From NCBI GenBank assembly GCA_964016885.1, contig OZ024763.1, forward strand, positions 17,360,001-17,424,000: a stretch of 64,000 bases of DNA. Direction: 5' to 3'. The position numbers and the translations under genes were made by a program. Below the pieces are notes generated by a model that saw only the letters and a program-made list of their open reading frames with translations, did no database searches and was not told the origin of the DNA. Positions 1 to 10,648 of this stretch are shown here, piece by piece (position 1 is the stretch's first letter; each line of letters opens with the position of its first letter). Origin of the DNA: Eledone cirrhosa (taxonomy: Eukaryota).

Positions 1-45
1 TATAATGAAATAAATATGGTTTTATAAATATAATTTCCATTTATC

Positions 46-47
<2 letters not shown>
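1..47 (+). mobile_element. 3' end of a family C hammerhead fold-back insert (continues from upstream of window)
   Basis: tataatgaaataaatatggttttataaat...ccattta matches 9862-9913 and 39370-39423; followed by (TA)n(GA)n. Confidence 0.7.
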
Positions 48-127
<80 letters not shown>

Positions 128-130
<3 letters not shown>

Positions 131-219
131 ATTGACTTTCTTCAAATCGGACTGAGGAAACAATGTTTCCGTTGGTCTTTCCAATTGCTAAAACTCTCTC
201 TCGGTTGCAACTCCAGGTA

Positions 220-222
<3 letters not shown>
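128..222 (-). mobile_element. SINE family 3, 3' fragment
   Basis: Matches 12463-12562 (caaatcggaccgaggaaacaatgtttcc...gcaactccaggtagaa). Confidence 0.7.
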
Positions 223-272
<50 letters not shown>

Positions 273-484
273 AGAGTATTGAAGTTTGCTTGAAGCATTG
301 TGGAATAATAAGGTAAATTTCTTTAAGTCGTTTTGAAGCCTCCACAATGCAGATGGGTAAATCTCCAGGTAACAAGATCCGGTGGTGAAGAGAGAGATAT
401 AAGTGGGTGTACGTTGAGATGTGTGGCATGTAGGAGACTGTAGCGTGTAGAAGAATGTAGGAAAGAGCGTAAAGGATAAAAATA

Positions 485-562
485 AAAATAATTGTTTTTA
501 CTTTTGGCACAAGGCCAGCAATTTCCCAGTGTATTACTGGTACTTTATTTTATCGACCCCGT
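485..562 (-). mobile_element. SINE family 2 (Nin-domain-like), 3' fragment
   Basis: ttttggcacaaggccagcaat...actggtactttattttatcgacccc matches the full copy at 15735-15933. Confidence 0.75.
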
Positions 563-749
563 ATAAAAATAATAACACGTGATAGAGTTACCTTGGGCGA
601 GATTTAATTGTCCCTATATATTTCGGATTCACATCCATCAACTGGGTTTTTTTCCGGAGGGGGGGGGGGGGATTGTTTGTTGGAAAGGTGCGAAACGTGT
701 CCTCCGCTGTTCGTTGTTTTGAATATCATATATATATATATATTATATA

Positions 750-1032
750 TATTAAAGAGTTAAACAAGATTCAATGAGTACATCAAAGAATGAGTTTTAC
801 AGAAGAGTGGAAGCACTCTACAGCAAATAATTTTCCAGAGTTATTAATATTAAAATACAAATATTAATAAAATATATACCTTGATTAAATCTTAACCATT
901 TAACATCTCAGGGTATGTCATGTATCATTATATTTTGTCTGATGAGGACGTACTGTTGTACCTCTGAAATATGTATAATAAAATTCAATTGATCAAAAGA
1001 ACATCTATTTTATTAATATTTGTATTTTAATA
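750..1032. mobile_element. TA-flanked fold-back insert, family A, Penelope-like pLTR fragment
   Basis: (TA)n both sides; inverted arms ~842-875 / 1006-1032; homologous to 53880-54140; contains hammerhead. Confidence 0.7.
932..984 (+). ncRNA. Type I minimal hammerhead ribozyme
   Basis: attttgt-CTGATGA(939-945)-stem II-GAAA(966-969)-tatgta-TA-ataaaat; stem I 7 bp, near-palindromic stem III, AUA site. Confidence 0.7.
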
Positions 1033-1077
1033 TATATATATATATAGTATGTGAATGTATGTATATATATATATAGA

Positions 1078-1308
1078 GTAATAATAATAAATGTGAAGAC
1101 TGAAATCCAAAGAGGGTTCGATAAGGATAAATATATATCAAATATATAAGAACCGTAGAGCAAATATTTATTAAAATAACAGATTAAAGTTTAAGCAAAG
1201 AATCGCTGCTTTCACCCTTAATGGGATCTTCTGAAACTAATATATAATGTTAAGGGTGAAAGCAGCGATTTTTTTTGCTTAAACTTTAATCTGTTATTTT
1301 AATAAATA
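1078..1308. mobile_element. TA-flanked fold-back insert, family B, with variant hammerhead (CAGAAGA core) on - strand at 1188-1238
   Basis: Arms ~1165-1222 / 1250-1308; relatives at 9376-9465, 9928-9980, 21690-21848. Confidence 0.65.
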
Positions 1309-1327
1309 TATATATATATATATATAT

Positions 1328-1614
1328 TGGTAAACGGAATAGAAAATGCTGACAAATTGTTCACAGTGAAAAAAAGTTTAATTAGGAATAAGTGAGAATT
1401 AGTAATAGTATTGGTTAGTATTCAGTTTTGGTTTTAAGTTTTACCGGTTGCACATTTCTAATGCTTTTCAAAAATAATTTTGAGATAGAGCGTCCGTGAT
1501 GTTTGCTCTAATTTGATTAGTTTTGGGAATTCTACCTGTTTTTATGTTAAAAAAGTGGCTCCAGCGGTATTAAAATAAGTTTTGCGCCAATTCGTGTTGC
1601 AAAAATTCTTGTGG
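1328..1614. mobile_element. Single arm of the 5858-6290 fold-back family
   Basis: Begins ttggtaaacggaatagaaaatgctgac after (TA)n, as at 5858. Confidence 0.65.
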
Positions 1615-1722
1615 TCAAAACAATTTTGATTGGTCGGTAGAGGTCATGTGAATGTAAAAAATTGATTTTGCGCTATATTTCGTTTCTGGATTCTTATTGG
1701 CAACATGACCCTCCCAAAGTAT

Positions 1723-1782
<60 letters not shown>

Positions 1783-1786
<4 letters not shown>

Positions 1787-2018
1787 AAGTATGACCCCGA
1801 CGGCATAGCTCAAGCCGTTTCGACGGCCATTTCTGGACTAAATTAGAATTTTTAGCCTGGTGAATAAAAATTCTAATTTAGTCCAGAATTAGCCGTCGAA
1901 ACGGCTTGAGCTATGCCGTCGGGGTCATACTTTTTCCTATTACCCACTCTACTACCCTAAGTATTGAGTACGCTGGTGCGTTATGGTCCATCTGGTTCCT
2001 TACCGCAATTCATTGTTA
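1783..2018 (+). mobile_element. TA-flanked fold-back insert, family J (3' half of a hammerhead plus tail)
   Basis: Arms 1783-1853 / 1866-1936; GAAA(1898-1901)-CGGC-loop-GCCG-TC; ~80-nt unpaired tail to (TA)n. Confidence 0.7.
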
Positions 2019-2032
2019 TATATATATATATA

Positions 2033-2230
2033 TAACGAAGGAAATGTGGTAAGAAACCAGGTGGACCATAACGCACCAAAGTACTCAATACTTAGGGTAG
2101 TAGAGTGGGTAATAGGAACGAGTAGGACCCCGACGGCTGAGCTCAAGCCGTTTCGACGGCTAATTCTGGACTAGTCCAGAATTAGCCATCGAAACGGCTT
2201 GAGCTCAGCCATCGGGGTCCTACTCGTTCA
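2033..2230 (-). mobile_element. Family J fold-back insert
   Basis: Mirror-orientation copy; palindrome centred on ggactagtcc (~2169-2178). Other copies 7008-7190, 10341-10525, 18909-19110, 49000-49175, 49545-49741, 54308-54492. Confidence 0.7.
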
Positions 2231-2249
2231 TATATATATATATATATAG

Positions 2250-2475
2250 ATAAATCTACCAAAAGTTTACGGTAGTGTCCAATCCGTATGAAGAACTCAA
2301 TGTATGAACTCAATGTATGAAGAACTCAATGAAGAATATACATGCCAATTCTAACACATATATGTCCTAGAAACGATCGTAAAATAATGAACTTTTTTTG
2401 TTTAATATAAGGAACTGTTTCTTTGTTTTATTCATTATTTTTTAAATATTTTTTTAATATTTTTTTAATATTTTA
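2250..2475 (+). mobile_element. Degenerate family G insert
   Basis: cctaGAAACGATCGTAaaat...aatataaggaact shared with 37238-37740. Confidence 0.55.
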
Positions 2476-2706
2476 TATATATATATATATATGAATAAAT
2501 TTGTCTGGTGAATATAGAATATATATTATACATGACAGTAGATCCTTATTATAAGCCCCTCCCCTACACACTTTCATAGAACATTCCTGATTGGCAGCTG
2601 GTAATTGTTTCAGTGATAGTCTAAATCTTTTGTGTAAAACAAAGAAATTTTAATGTTTCATAACAGTAAAGTTATATTAGAAATGACAAGGTGGAGAGAT
2701 GTAATT

Positions 2707-3066
2707 CACTCTCTCTCTTACTTTCTCTCTCTCTCTCTCTCTTACTTTCTCTCTCTCTCTCTCTCTCTCTTACTTTCTCTCTCTCTATATATATATATCG
2801 TACTCTCTCTCCTACTCTCTCTCTCTCTATCTTACTTTCTCTCTCTCTCCTACTGTCTCTCTCTATATATATATCTTACTCTCTCTCCTACTCTCTCTAT
2901 CCTACTTTCTCTCCTACTCTCTCTCTCTCTATCCTACTTTCTCTCTCTCTCCTACTTTCTCTCTCTATCTTACTTTCTCTCTCTCTCCTACTTTCTCTCT
3001 ATATATATATCTTACTCTCTCTCCTACTCTCTCTCTCTCTCTCTTACTCTCTCTCTCTCTATCTTA

Positions 3067-3103
<37 letters not shown>

Positions 3104-3580
3104 CTCTCATTACTGTCTCTCTCTCTCTCCCTACTCTCTCTCTCCTCTCTCTTTCTCTCTCTCTCTTTTTTTCTCTCATCACTCTCGCTCTCGCTCTTTC
3201 TCTCTCCCCCTACACTCTCTCTCTCTCTGACTCTTTCTTTCTCTCTCTCCTTATCTATCACTCTTCCTCTCTCTCCCTCTATCTCTGCCTTTTACTTTTT
3301 TTCTCTCTCTCTAACTCTTTCTCTAACTCTTTCTCTTCTCTTTCTCTCTTTTTCTCCCTCTCACAGTCCATTTCTCTCTCTGTCTCTCACTTCTTCTTTC
3401 TCTCTTTCCCTCCCTATCTGCCTCCCTATATATCTCTCCGCTCCCTCATCTCACTCCCTTTCTCCTTTTTATCTCTCTATGTATCCCCCTCTTCCTCTCT
3501 TGCTCCCCCTCTTCATCTCTTGCTCCCCCTCTTCATCTCTTGCTCCCCCTCTTCCTCTCTCTCTCCCTCTCTCTCTCTTC
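2707..3580. repeat. (CT)n-rich complex microsatellite / polypyrimidine tract
   Basis: (CT)n interrupted by tact/tactt motifs. Confidence 0.9.
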
Positions 3581-3739
3581 TGACATCTCGACATCTCTAT
3601 AATATGATAGGCTGCAGTTTATTTCTTAACACAACCACATGGTTTCAAGTTTGCTGCCCTCATGTGGCACCTTAGACCAGTGTCTTCCCTCTAATATAAC
3701 CTCAGGTTGACCAGTGTCTTATCAGAAGCTCGTCATTGT

Positions 3740-5570
3740 GTATAAAGTTGTTGGTGATAGGAAGGACATCTGGCTTTAGAAAACAGGTCACACAATGGGA
3801 TGGGAGGATTCTTTAGTTGTGACATAGATATGACAACCACCCAGTTCACTCTGTAAAGTTTTTAGTGAGAGGAAGGACATCCTCCAGTCATAGAAAATGT
3901 GCCACACAATCGGTCAGGAGAACTCTTCGGTTGTGACATAGATATGACAACCACCCAGTACACTCTGTAAAGTTTTTAGTGAGAGGAAGGACATCCTCCA
4001 GTCATAGAAAATGTGCCACACAATCGGTCAGGAGAACTCTTCGGTTGTGACATAGATATGACAACCACCCAGTACACTCTGTAAAGTTTTTAGTGAGAGG
4101 AAGGACATCCTCCAGTCATAGAAAATGTGCCACACAATCGGTCAGGAGAACTCTTCGGTTGTGACATAGATATGACAACCACCCAGTACACTCTGTAAAG
4201 TTTTTAGTGAGAGGAAGGACATCCTCCAGTCATAGAAAATGTGCCACACAATCGGTCAGGAGAACTCTTCGGTTGTGACATAGATATGACAACCACCCAG
4301 TACACTCTGTAAAGTTTTTAGTGAGAGGAAGGACATCCTCCAGTCATAGAAAATGTGCCACACAATCGGTCAGGAGAACTCTTCGGTTGTGACATAGATA
4401 TGACAACCACCCAGTTCACTATGAAGTGGTTGATGATAGGAAGGACATCCTCTGACCATAGAAGAAATGCCAGCCACACAATGGGTCGGGAGGACTCTTC
4501 AGTTGTGACATAGATATGACAACCACCCAGTACACTCTGTAAAGTTTTTAGTGAGAGGAAGGACATCCTCTGACCATAGAAGAAATGCCAGCCACACAAT
4601 GGGTCGGGAGGATTCTTTAGTTGTGACATAGATATGACAACCACCCAGTACACTCTGTAAAGTTTTTAGTGAGAGGAAGGACATCCTCCAGTCATAGAAA
4701 ATGTCAGCCACACAATCGGTCAGGAGAACTCTTCGGTTGTGACATAGATATGACAACCACCCAGTACACTCTGTAAAGTTTTTAGTGAGAGGAAGGACAT
4801 CCTCCAGTCATAGAAAATGTGCCACACAATCGGTCAGGAGAACTCTTCGGTTGTGACATAGATATGACAACCACCCAGTACACTCTGTAAAGTTTTTAGT
4901 GAGAGGAAGGACATCCTCCAGTCATAGAAAATGTGCCACACAATCGGTCAGGAGAACTCTTCGGTTGTGACATAGATATGACAACCACCCAGTACACTCT
5001 GTAAAGTTTTTAGTGAGAGGAAGGACATCCTCCAGTCATAGAAAATGTGCCACACAATCGGTCAGGAGAACTCTTCGGTTGTGACATAGATATGACAACC
5101 ACCCAGTACACTCTGTAAAGTTTTTAGTGAGAGGAAGGACATCCTCCAGTCATAGAAAATGTCAGCCACACAATCGGTCAGGAGAACTCTTCGGTTGTGA
5201 CATAGATATGACAACCACCCAGTTCACTATGAAGTGGTTAATGATAGGAAGGACATCCTCTGACCATAGAAGAAATGCCAGCCACACAATGGGTCGGGAG
5301 GACTCTTCAGTTGTGACATAGATATGACAACCACCCAGTTCACTCTGTGAAGTGGTTGGTGATAGGAAAGGCATCCAGCTGTAGAAAATGGGTCATACAA
5401 AGAGTTGGAAGGCCTCGTCTGTTGTGATAGAAACGTGACAATCTCTCTGGTGTTGGTGACCTACACTCTATAAAGTGGTTGGTGATAGGAAGGACCTTGA
5501 GCCATGGAAAACCTGTCACAAAAACTCGGCAGGAGGCTTCAGTTGTGTCAGATGTGATAACCACCCTAGT
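3740..5570 (+). repeat. 114-117 bp tandem satellite, ~15 units
   Basis: ccag(t/a)cactctgtaaag recurs at 3841, 3955, 4069...; two unit variants. Confidence 0.95.
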
Positions 5571-5594
5571 TTCTTGCATTTGTTGTTTGACAAT

Positions 5595-5794
5595 TGCCAC
5601 TGACAAATGTGAGAAACTTTTCTAGAAAGTTAACCAGGATTTAAAAAAAACCTTTCCACCAAAGTTAACAAAGGACTTAGATCTACATAGCAAAATTATA
5701 AAATTAAATTGTTATAGAATACAAACTACAAGTAAAGTCATTCTTCTCCTTTTTTCAAATATACCTAATTATGCCAAGGATCTCACATATTTTT

Positions 5795-5798
<4 letters not shown>
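5595..5798. mobile_element. TA-adjacent dispersed repeat (family K)
   Basis: Homologous to 8470-8700 (reverse, partly fold-back) and 12021-12430 (interrupted by a SINE). Confidence 0.55.
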
Positions 5799-5857
<59 letters not shown>

Positions 5858-5861
<4 letters not shown>

Positions 5862-6288
5862 TAAACGGAATAGAAAATGCTGACAAATTGTTCACAGTTG
5901 AAAAATGGTTTAATTAGGAATAAAAGAGTATTAGTGATTGTATGGGTTAGTATTCAGTTGTGGTTTTAAGTTTTTAAGTTTTTACCGGTTGCGCATTTCT
6001 AAATGCTTTTCAAAAATAATTTTGAGATAGAGTGTCCGTGTTGTTTGCCCTGATCTGAGCAAACAACACGGACACTCTATCTCAAAATTATTTTTGAAAA
6101 GCATTTAGAAATGTGCAACCGGTAAAAACTTAAAAACTTAAAACCACAACTGAATACTAACCCATACAATCACTAATACTCTTTTATTCCTAATTAAACC
6201 ATTTTTCAACTGTGGACAATTTGTCAGCATTTTCTATTCCGTTTACCAATATATAATAACTTGTGTGTTACACCTCTATTCTTTTAAC

Positions 6289-6290
<2 letters not shown>
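5858..6290. mobile_element. Long TA-flanked palindrome (~190-bp arms), no hammerhead core found
   Basis: 5858-6048 is near-perfect reverse complement of 6058-6250; short tail to (TA)n. Confidence 0.85.
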
Positions 6291-6386
<96 letters not shown>

Positions 6387-6720
6387 CATGGCTTAGTGGT
6401 TAGAGCATTGGCTTTGCAATCGAAAAGTTGTGAGTTCAATTCTCAGACCGGGTGATGTGTTGTTTCCTTGAGCAAGACACTTTATTTCACATTGCTCCAG
6501 TTTACTCAGCTGTAGAAATGAGATAAGGACTGGGGTCTATATCATTCCACTGCAAAGTGGTCGTGGAGGTGCCACGGCAAAAAAGCACCCAGCATTCACT
6601 GTAAATGAGGTTGGTGTTAGGAAGGGCATCCAGCTGTAGAAATTAAGCCAGCATCAGTTCCCGTCCCACCCTTGCAAGCAGGGAAAAGCGGACGTAAAAT
6701 GAAATGAAATGATGAAATGA
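6387..6720 (+). mobile_element. tRNA-derived SINE family 1 with RTE-type tail
   Basis: A box tggcttagtgg, B box gagttcaattct, central ccttgagcaagacact domain, tail ...gcggacgtaaaa(tgaaa/tga)n. Confidence 0.9.
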
Positions 6721-6767
6721 TATACACCTATATATACATATATATATTTAAATATAAGTTATTCCGG

Positions 6768-6950
6768 GTTGAATCGGAGGTAACCACAGTAAGTAAGGTA
6801 CTCAATACATAGCAGAGTATAAATGTTTTAATATAGAAGAGCTTCTACAGGACTAGAACTGTTTCATTCGTGAGAAATCATCAGGAAGCTGATGATTTCT
6901 CACGAATGAAACAGTTCTAGTCCTGTAGAAGCTCTTCTATATTAAAACAT
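6768..6950. mobile_element. TA-flanked fold-back insert, family D
   Basis: Arms 6825-6884 / 6889-6950; tail 6768-6824; homologous to 27022-27310. Confidence 0.8.
6841..6889 (-). ncRNA. Type I hammerhead ribozyme
   Basis: Minus strand GCTTC-CTGATGA-tTTC tcac GAAt-GAAA-CAG ttctagtc CTG-TA-GAAGC; all three stems pair, GUA site. Confidence 0.85.
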
Positions 6951-6953
6951 ATA

Positions 6954-7006
<53 letters not shown>

Positions 7007-7257
7007 GGGAAAAGAATCAGGACCCCGACAGCTGAGCTCCGGCTGTTTCGACAACCAGATCTGAACTGTTCAGTTCTAGTTGTCGAAACAGCCTGAGCTC
7101 AGCCGTCGGGGTCCTGATTATTTTCCTATTACCTACCCTAAGTATTGAGTTTTATGGTCCACCTGGTTCCTTACCACATCTTCTTTGTTATATATATATA
7201 TAAATAAATTGATGACTACTAATTTACAGATATATATATATATATGTGTGTGTGTGT

Positions 7258-7309
<52 letters not shown>

Positions 7310-7318
7310 ATGTGTGTA

Positions 7319-7350
<32 letters not shown>

Positions 7351-7651
7351 TGAAAATCTCCTCTAATGTCTCGTGTGACATCTCAACGTCTCGTACAATA
7401 TAATGATTACAGAAGAGTTACAGGATAAACACTTATAGCCTTGTGGCAACTACTGAATATTTAATGGCTGCCGAATAACAGATTGTTCCAGAAGATTTTG
7501 CTTTTATTCACCGATGACTTTGCTGTTTATTACTAAAATAGATAAAAACATGAAATATTTCCTTCCCATTGAATATGTTTCCTTAACAATGGGAGAGCAC
7601 ATTTTTTTCTTTGGCCTTTTTTAATGTTTATTCTTTAAGGTCAAATGTGTT

Positions 7652-7689
<38 letters not shown>

Positions 7690-7838
7690 CTGATGTAAAA
7701 GTTTGGTTGAAATATTCAAGGCTAAGAGCACTCAGTCCATAGGACAAGTTTAGTATAAATGGTATTTTTATAACAGGCTGAATGAGTTGGGGTGCCAAAC
7801 CCAACAAAACTTAAATACCTGTATATATCACTGTTATA
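7690..7838. mobile_element. Family E insert with degenerate CUGAAUGA hammerhead (7773-7822, +)
   Basis: acagg-CTGAATGA-gttgg...ccaac-aaaa-cttaaa-ta-cctgt; homologous to 18707-18892. Confidence 0.6.
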
Positions 7839-7846
7839 TATATTAC

Positions 7847-7896
<50 letters not shown>

Positions 7897-7988
7897 GAAA
7901 GGTATAGAAAATATTGTCGCAAAAAGCCAATATATATATATATATATAATATAATATTATAATAAATGGAGATGGATAATAATCAGAT

Positions 7989-8334
7989 GGAGGCACATGG
8001 CTTAGTGGTTCGAGCATTGGGTTTGCAATCGAAAGGTTGTGAGTTCAATTCTCAGACCGGGTGATGTTGTTTCCTTGAGCAAGACACTTTATTTCACATT
8101 GCTCCAGTTTACTCAGCTGTAGAAATGAGATGATAGGACTGGGGGTCCCTATCATTCCACTGCAAAGTGGTCGTGGAGGTGCCACGGCAAAAAAGCACCC
8201 AGCACTCACTGTAAATGAGGTTGGTGTTAGGAAGGGCATCCAGCTGTAGAAATCAAGCCAGAATCAGTTCCCGTCCCACCCTTGCAAGCAGGGAAAAAGC
8301 GGACGTAAAATGAAATGATGATGAATGATGATGA
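7989..8334 (+). mobile_element. SINE family 1, full length
   Basis: Near-identical to 6387-6720. Confidence 0.9.
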
Positions 8335-8342
8335 ATAAAATA

Positions 8343-8450
8343 ACAGGAGGCGGGACTTGTGTAAATCCTTGAAAGGTTTATTATACTATGATTATTTCAA
8401 TGACCGGGTTCCGTATGAATCCGGTGATATCATCAGGTATTCGAAATATA
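8343..8450 (-). ncRNA. Family F fragment with type I hammerhead (~8382-8440)
   Basis: Minus: atac-CTGATGA-..ACCGGATTC atacg GAACCCGGT..-GAAA-taatca-TA-gtat. Confidence 0.65.
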
Positions 8451-8724
8451 ATAAATATATATATATATATTGGAAAATGTGTGAGATCCTTGGTAAGGTT
8501 AGGTATATTTGAAAAAAGGAAACTGTAGTTGGTATTCTACAACAATTTAATTTTAAAATTTTATAATTTTGCTATGTTGACTTTGGTTGAAAGTTTAAAA
8601 AAAAATCATGGTTAGCTTTCTGGAGAACATTCTCGCCACCAACAAATGCAAGAAAGTTAACTAGGATTTTTAATAAAATTTCCACTGAAGTTAACAAAAT
8701 ATTTAAAAATATAGATATAAATAT

Positions 8725-9151
8725 ATACAAATGAATATATGATAGGGATAAACACTGATACAAGTATACATGTGTTTGCATTTTTAGCGACACGAGTATA
8801 GGACGTGCTAGACACTGTGACACATGTGCGTTCAACAACACATTTCTCTCAGTCTTCCTAAGTATTTTGAAGTGAAACTTACCAATTACTGGATACCTGC
8901 AGAAGAGCACAGGAATAGGAAATTTCACTTAATTGTTGCGAAACAAATTTAAAATTTGAAATTTAAATTTGTCCAGGTATCACGGCTATTGCCAATATAG
9001 GTTTGTTTTTATTGATTTATTATTTTAAATCGAGACAGGCAAACCGTATTATTTTAATTAGTATTTTTCAATCTAGCTAACTTGGTCATTTGCAATGCAA
9101 ACACTTGTATACTTGTATCAGTGTTTATCCCTATCATATATTCATTTGTAT
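8725..9151. repeat. 58-bp inverted repeats enclosing ~310 bp (MITE-like or fold-back insert)
   Basis: 8725-8782 is the reverse complement of 9094-9151. Confidence 0.7.
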
Positions 9152-9256
9152 TATACGGCTCAGAAATATTCCTTTCTTTGAGCTATTTAATTGTAAAAGA
9201 CTATTTGAGTTTATAACTCTATATATAATATGATATAAATATATATATATATAGTC

Positions 9257-9300
9257 TATCAAAGTTCTTTCATCATACACCTATGACATCATCAGTGGTA
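9257..9300 (-). ncRNA. Putative minimal hammerhead (family H)
   Basis: Minus: tacca-CTGATGA-tGTCATA ggtg TATGAT-GAAA-gaac-TT-tgata; TA-flanked. Confidence 0.5.
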
Positions 9301-9514
9301 CTATTACATTTCCTCTCGTATTAAAATGCCTATTCCATTTATATATATATTTTATATATATATATATATATATATCTTTCAGAATCCTGTTGAGTGTGAA
9401 AGCTGCGATTCTTTGCTTAAACTTTAATCTGTTATTTTAATAAATATTTGCTCTATAGTTTTATATATTTATATATATATATATAATATATATTATATAT
9501 ATATATATATATAT

Positions 9515-9915
9515 GCAAAAGTTCTATTTAAAATTGTTGGGATACAACAAGTAAACATTTTTATAACTGATATAAAGCACTCGACAAGTATTTGGAGTAG
9601 ATATACGATATTAATAAATGGAAACTATATTTATAAAACCATATTTATTTCATTATATATATTTCAGGGATACCAAATTAAATTATGGTATGCCATCATC
9701 AGACAAAATACAATATATAACAGTTTTACAAATAAGCTTTGACGTACCCTATTAAAATGCAACCATTGTTTTTGGAAGTCATCCGGATAGTCAAACTGTT
9801 ATATATTGTATTTTGTCTGATGAAGGCATACCATAATTTAATTTGGTATCCCTGAAATATGTATAATGAAATAAATATGGTTTTATAAATATAGTTTCCA
9901 TTTATTAATATCGTA
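9515..9915. mobile_element. TA-flanked fold-back insert, family C, hammerheads on both strands (- 9647-9709; + 9810-9872)
   Basis: Arms ~9603-9726 / 9794-9915; CTGATGA 9817-9823, stem II ATACCA/TGGTAT, GAAA 9854-9857, AUA site. Confidence 0.85.
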
Positions 9916-9976
9916 TATATATATATATTATCCTTAACAAGCCTCTTCGGATTTTAGTCTTCACAGTTATTATTAT

Positions 9977-10030
<54 letters not shown>

Positions 10031-10094
10031 TCTTTTACCTTATCCAGCCATCCGGCTGAGGTCATGCTGGGGCACCTATATATATATTTATATA

Positions 10095-10225
10095 TTATTT
10101 CTGAGGAAGGCAGTGAGATGTATCTGTAGTATCAAGACTAGTAATATGGAGTTACATAACTACTATCAATTAGTCACTATATTGATTTGTCGTGATCAAT
10201 CAACCATCTGAAATTATAATAAATC
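10095..10225 (+). ncRNA. Putative hammerhead with long stem II
   Basis: CTGAGGA 10101-10107 ... GAAA 10210-10213, palindrome TTATAA, then TA; stem I weak. Confidence 0.35.
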
Positions 10226-10612
10226 AATGAACTGATTCAGCACTAACTATCACCTTTTGCTTTCATTGTTCAACAACATACACGCACACACAGACACACA
10301 CACACACACACACACAGACACATATATATATATATATATATATAACAAAGGAATTGTGGTAAGGAATGAGATGGACCATAACGCACCAGGGTACTCAATA
10401 CTTAGGGTAGTAGAGTGGGAAATAGGAAATTTAAGAATTTATAAATTTCCGATTGGTTGGAAACAAAATATATATATATATATATATAGGAAAAAGTATG
10501 ACCCCGACGGCAGAGCTCAAGCCGTTAAATTTAATTTACAATATATTGGAGTGAAAGCAACTGGTGCGTGTGTTTCTTATTGGCAACATGACCCCCCCCC
10601 CCCCCAAAGCAT

Positions 10613-10642
<30 letters not shown>

Positions 10643-10648
<6 letters not shown>

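Noticed and set aside
3841-5340. CRISPR-like array
   Set aside because: Whole units repeat; there are no unique spacers or cas genes, and the context is eukaryotic
5595-5630. Hammerhead in family K (ctgacaa..gagaaa)
   Set aside because: Core and stems are inconsistent among the three copies
6387-6455. tRNA genes at SINE heads
   Set aside because: A/B boxes continue into SINE bodies; no complete cloverleaf
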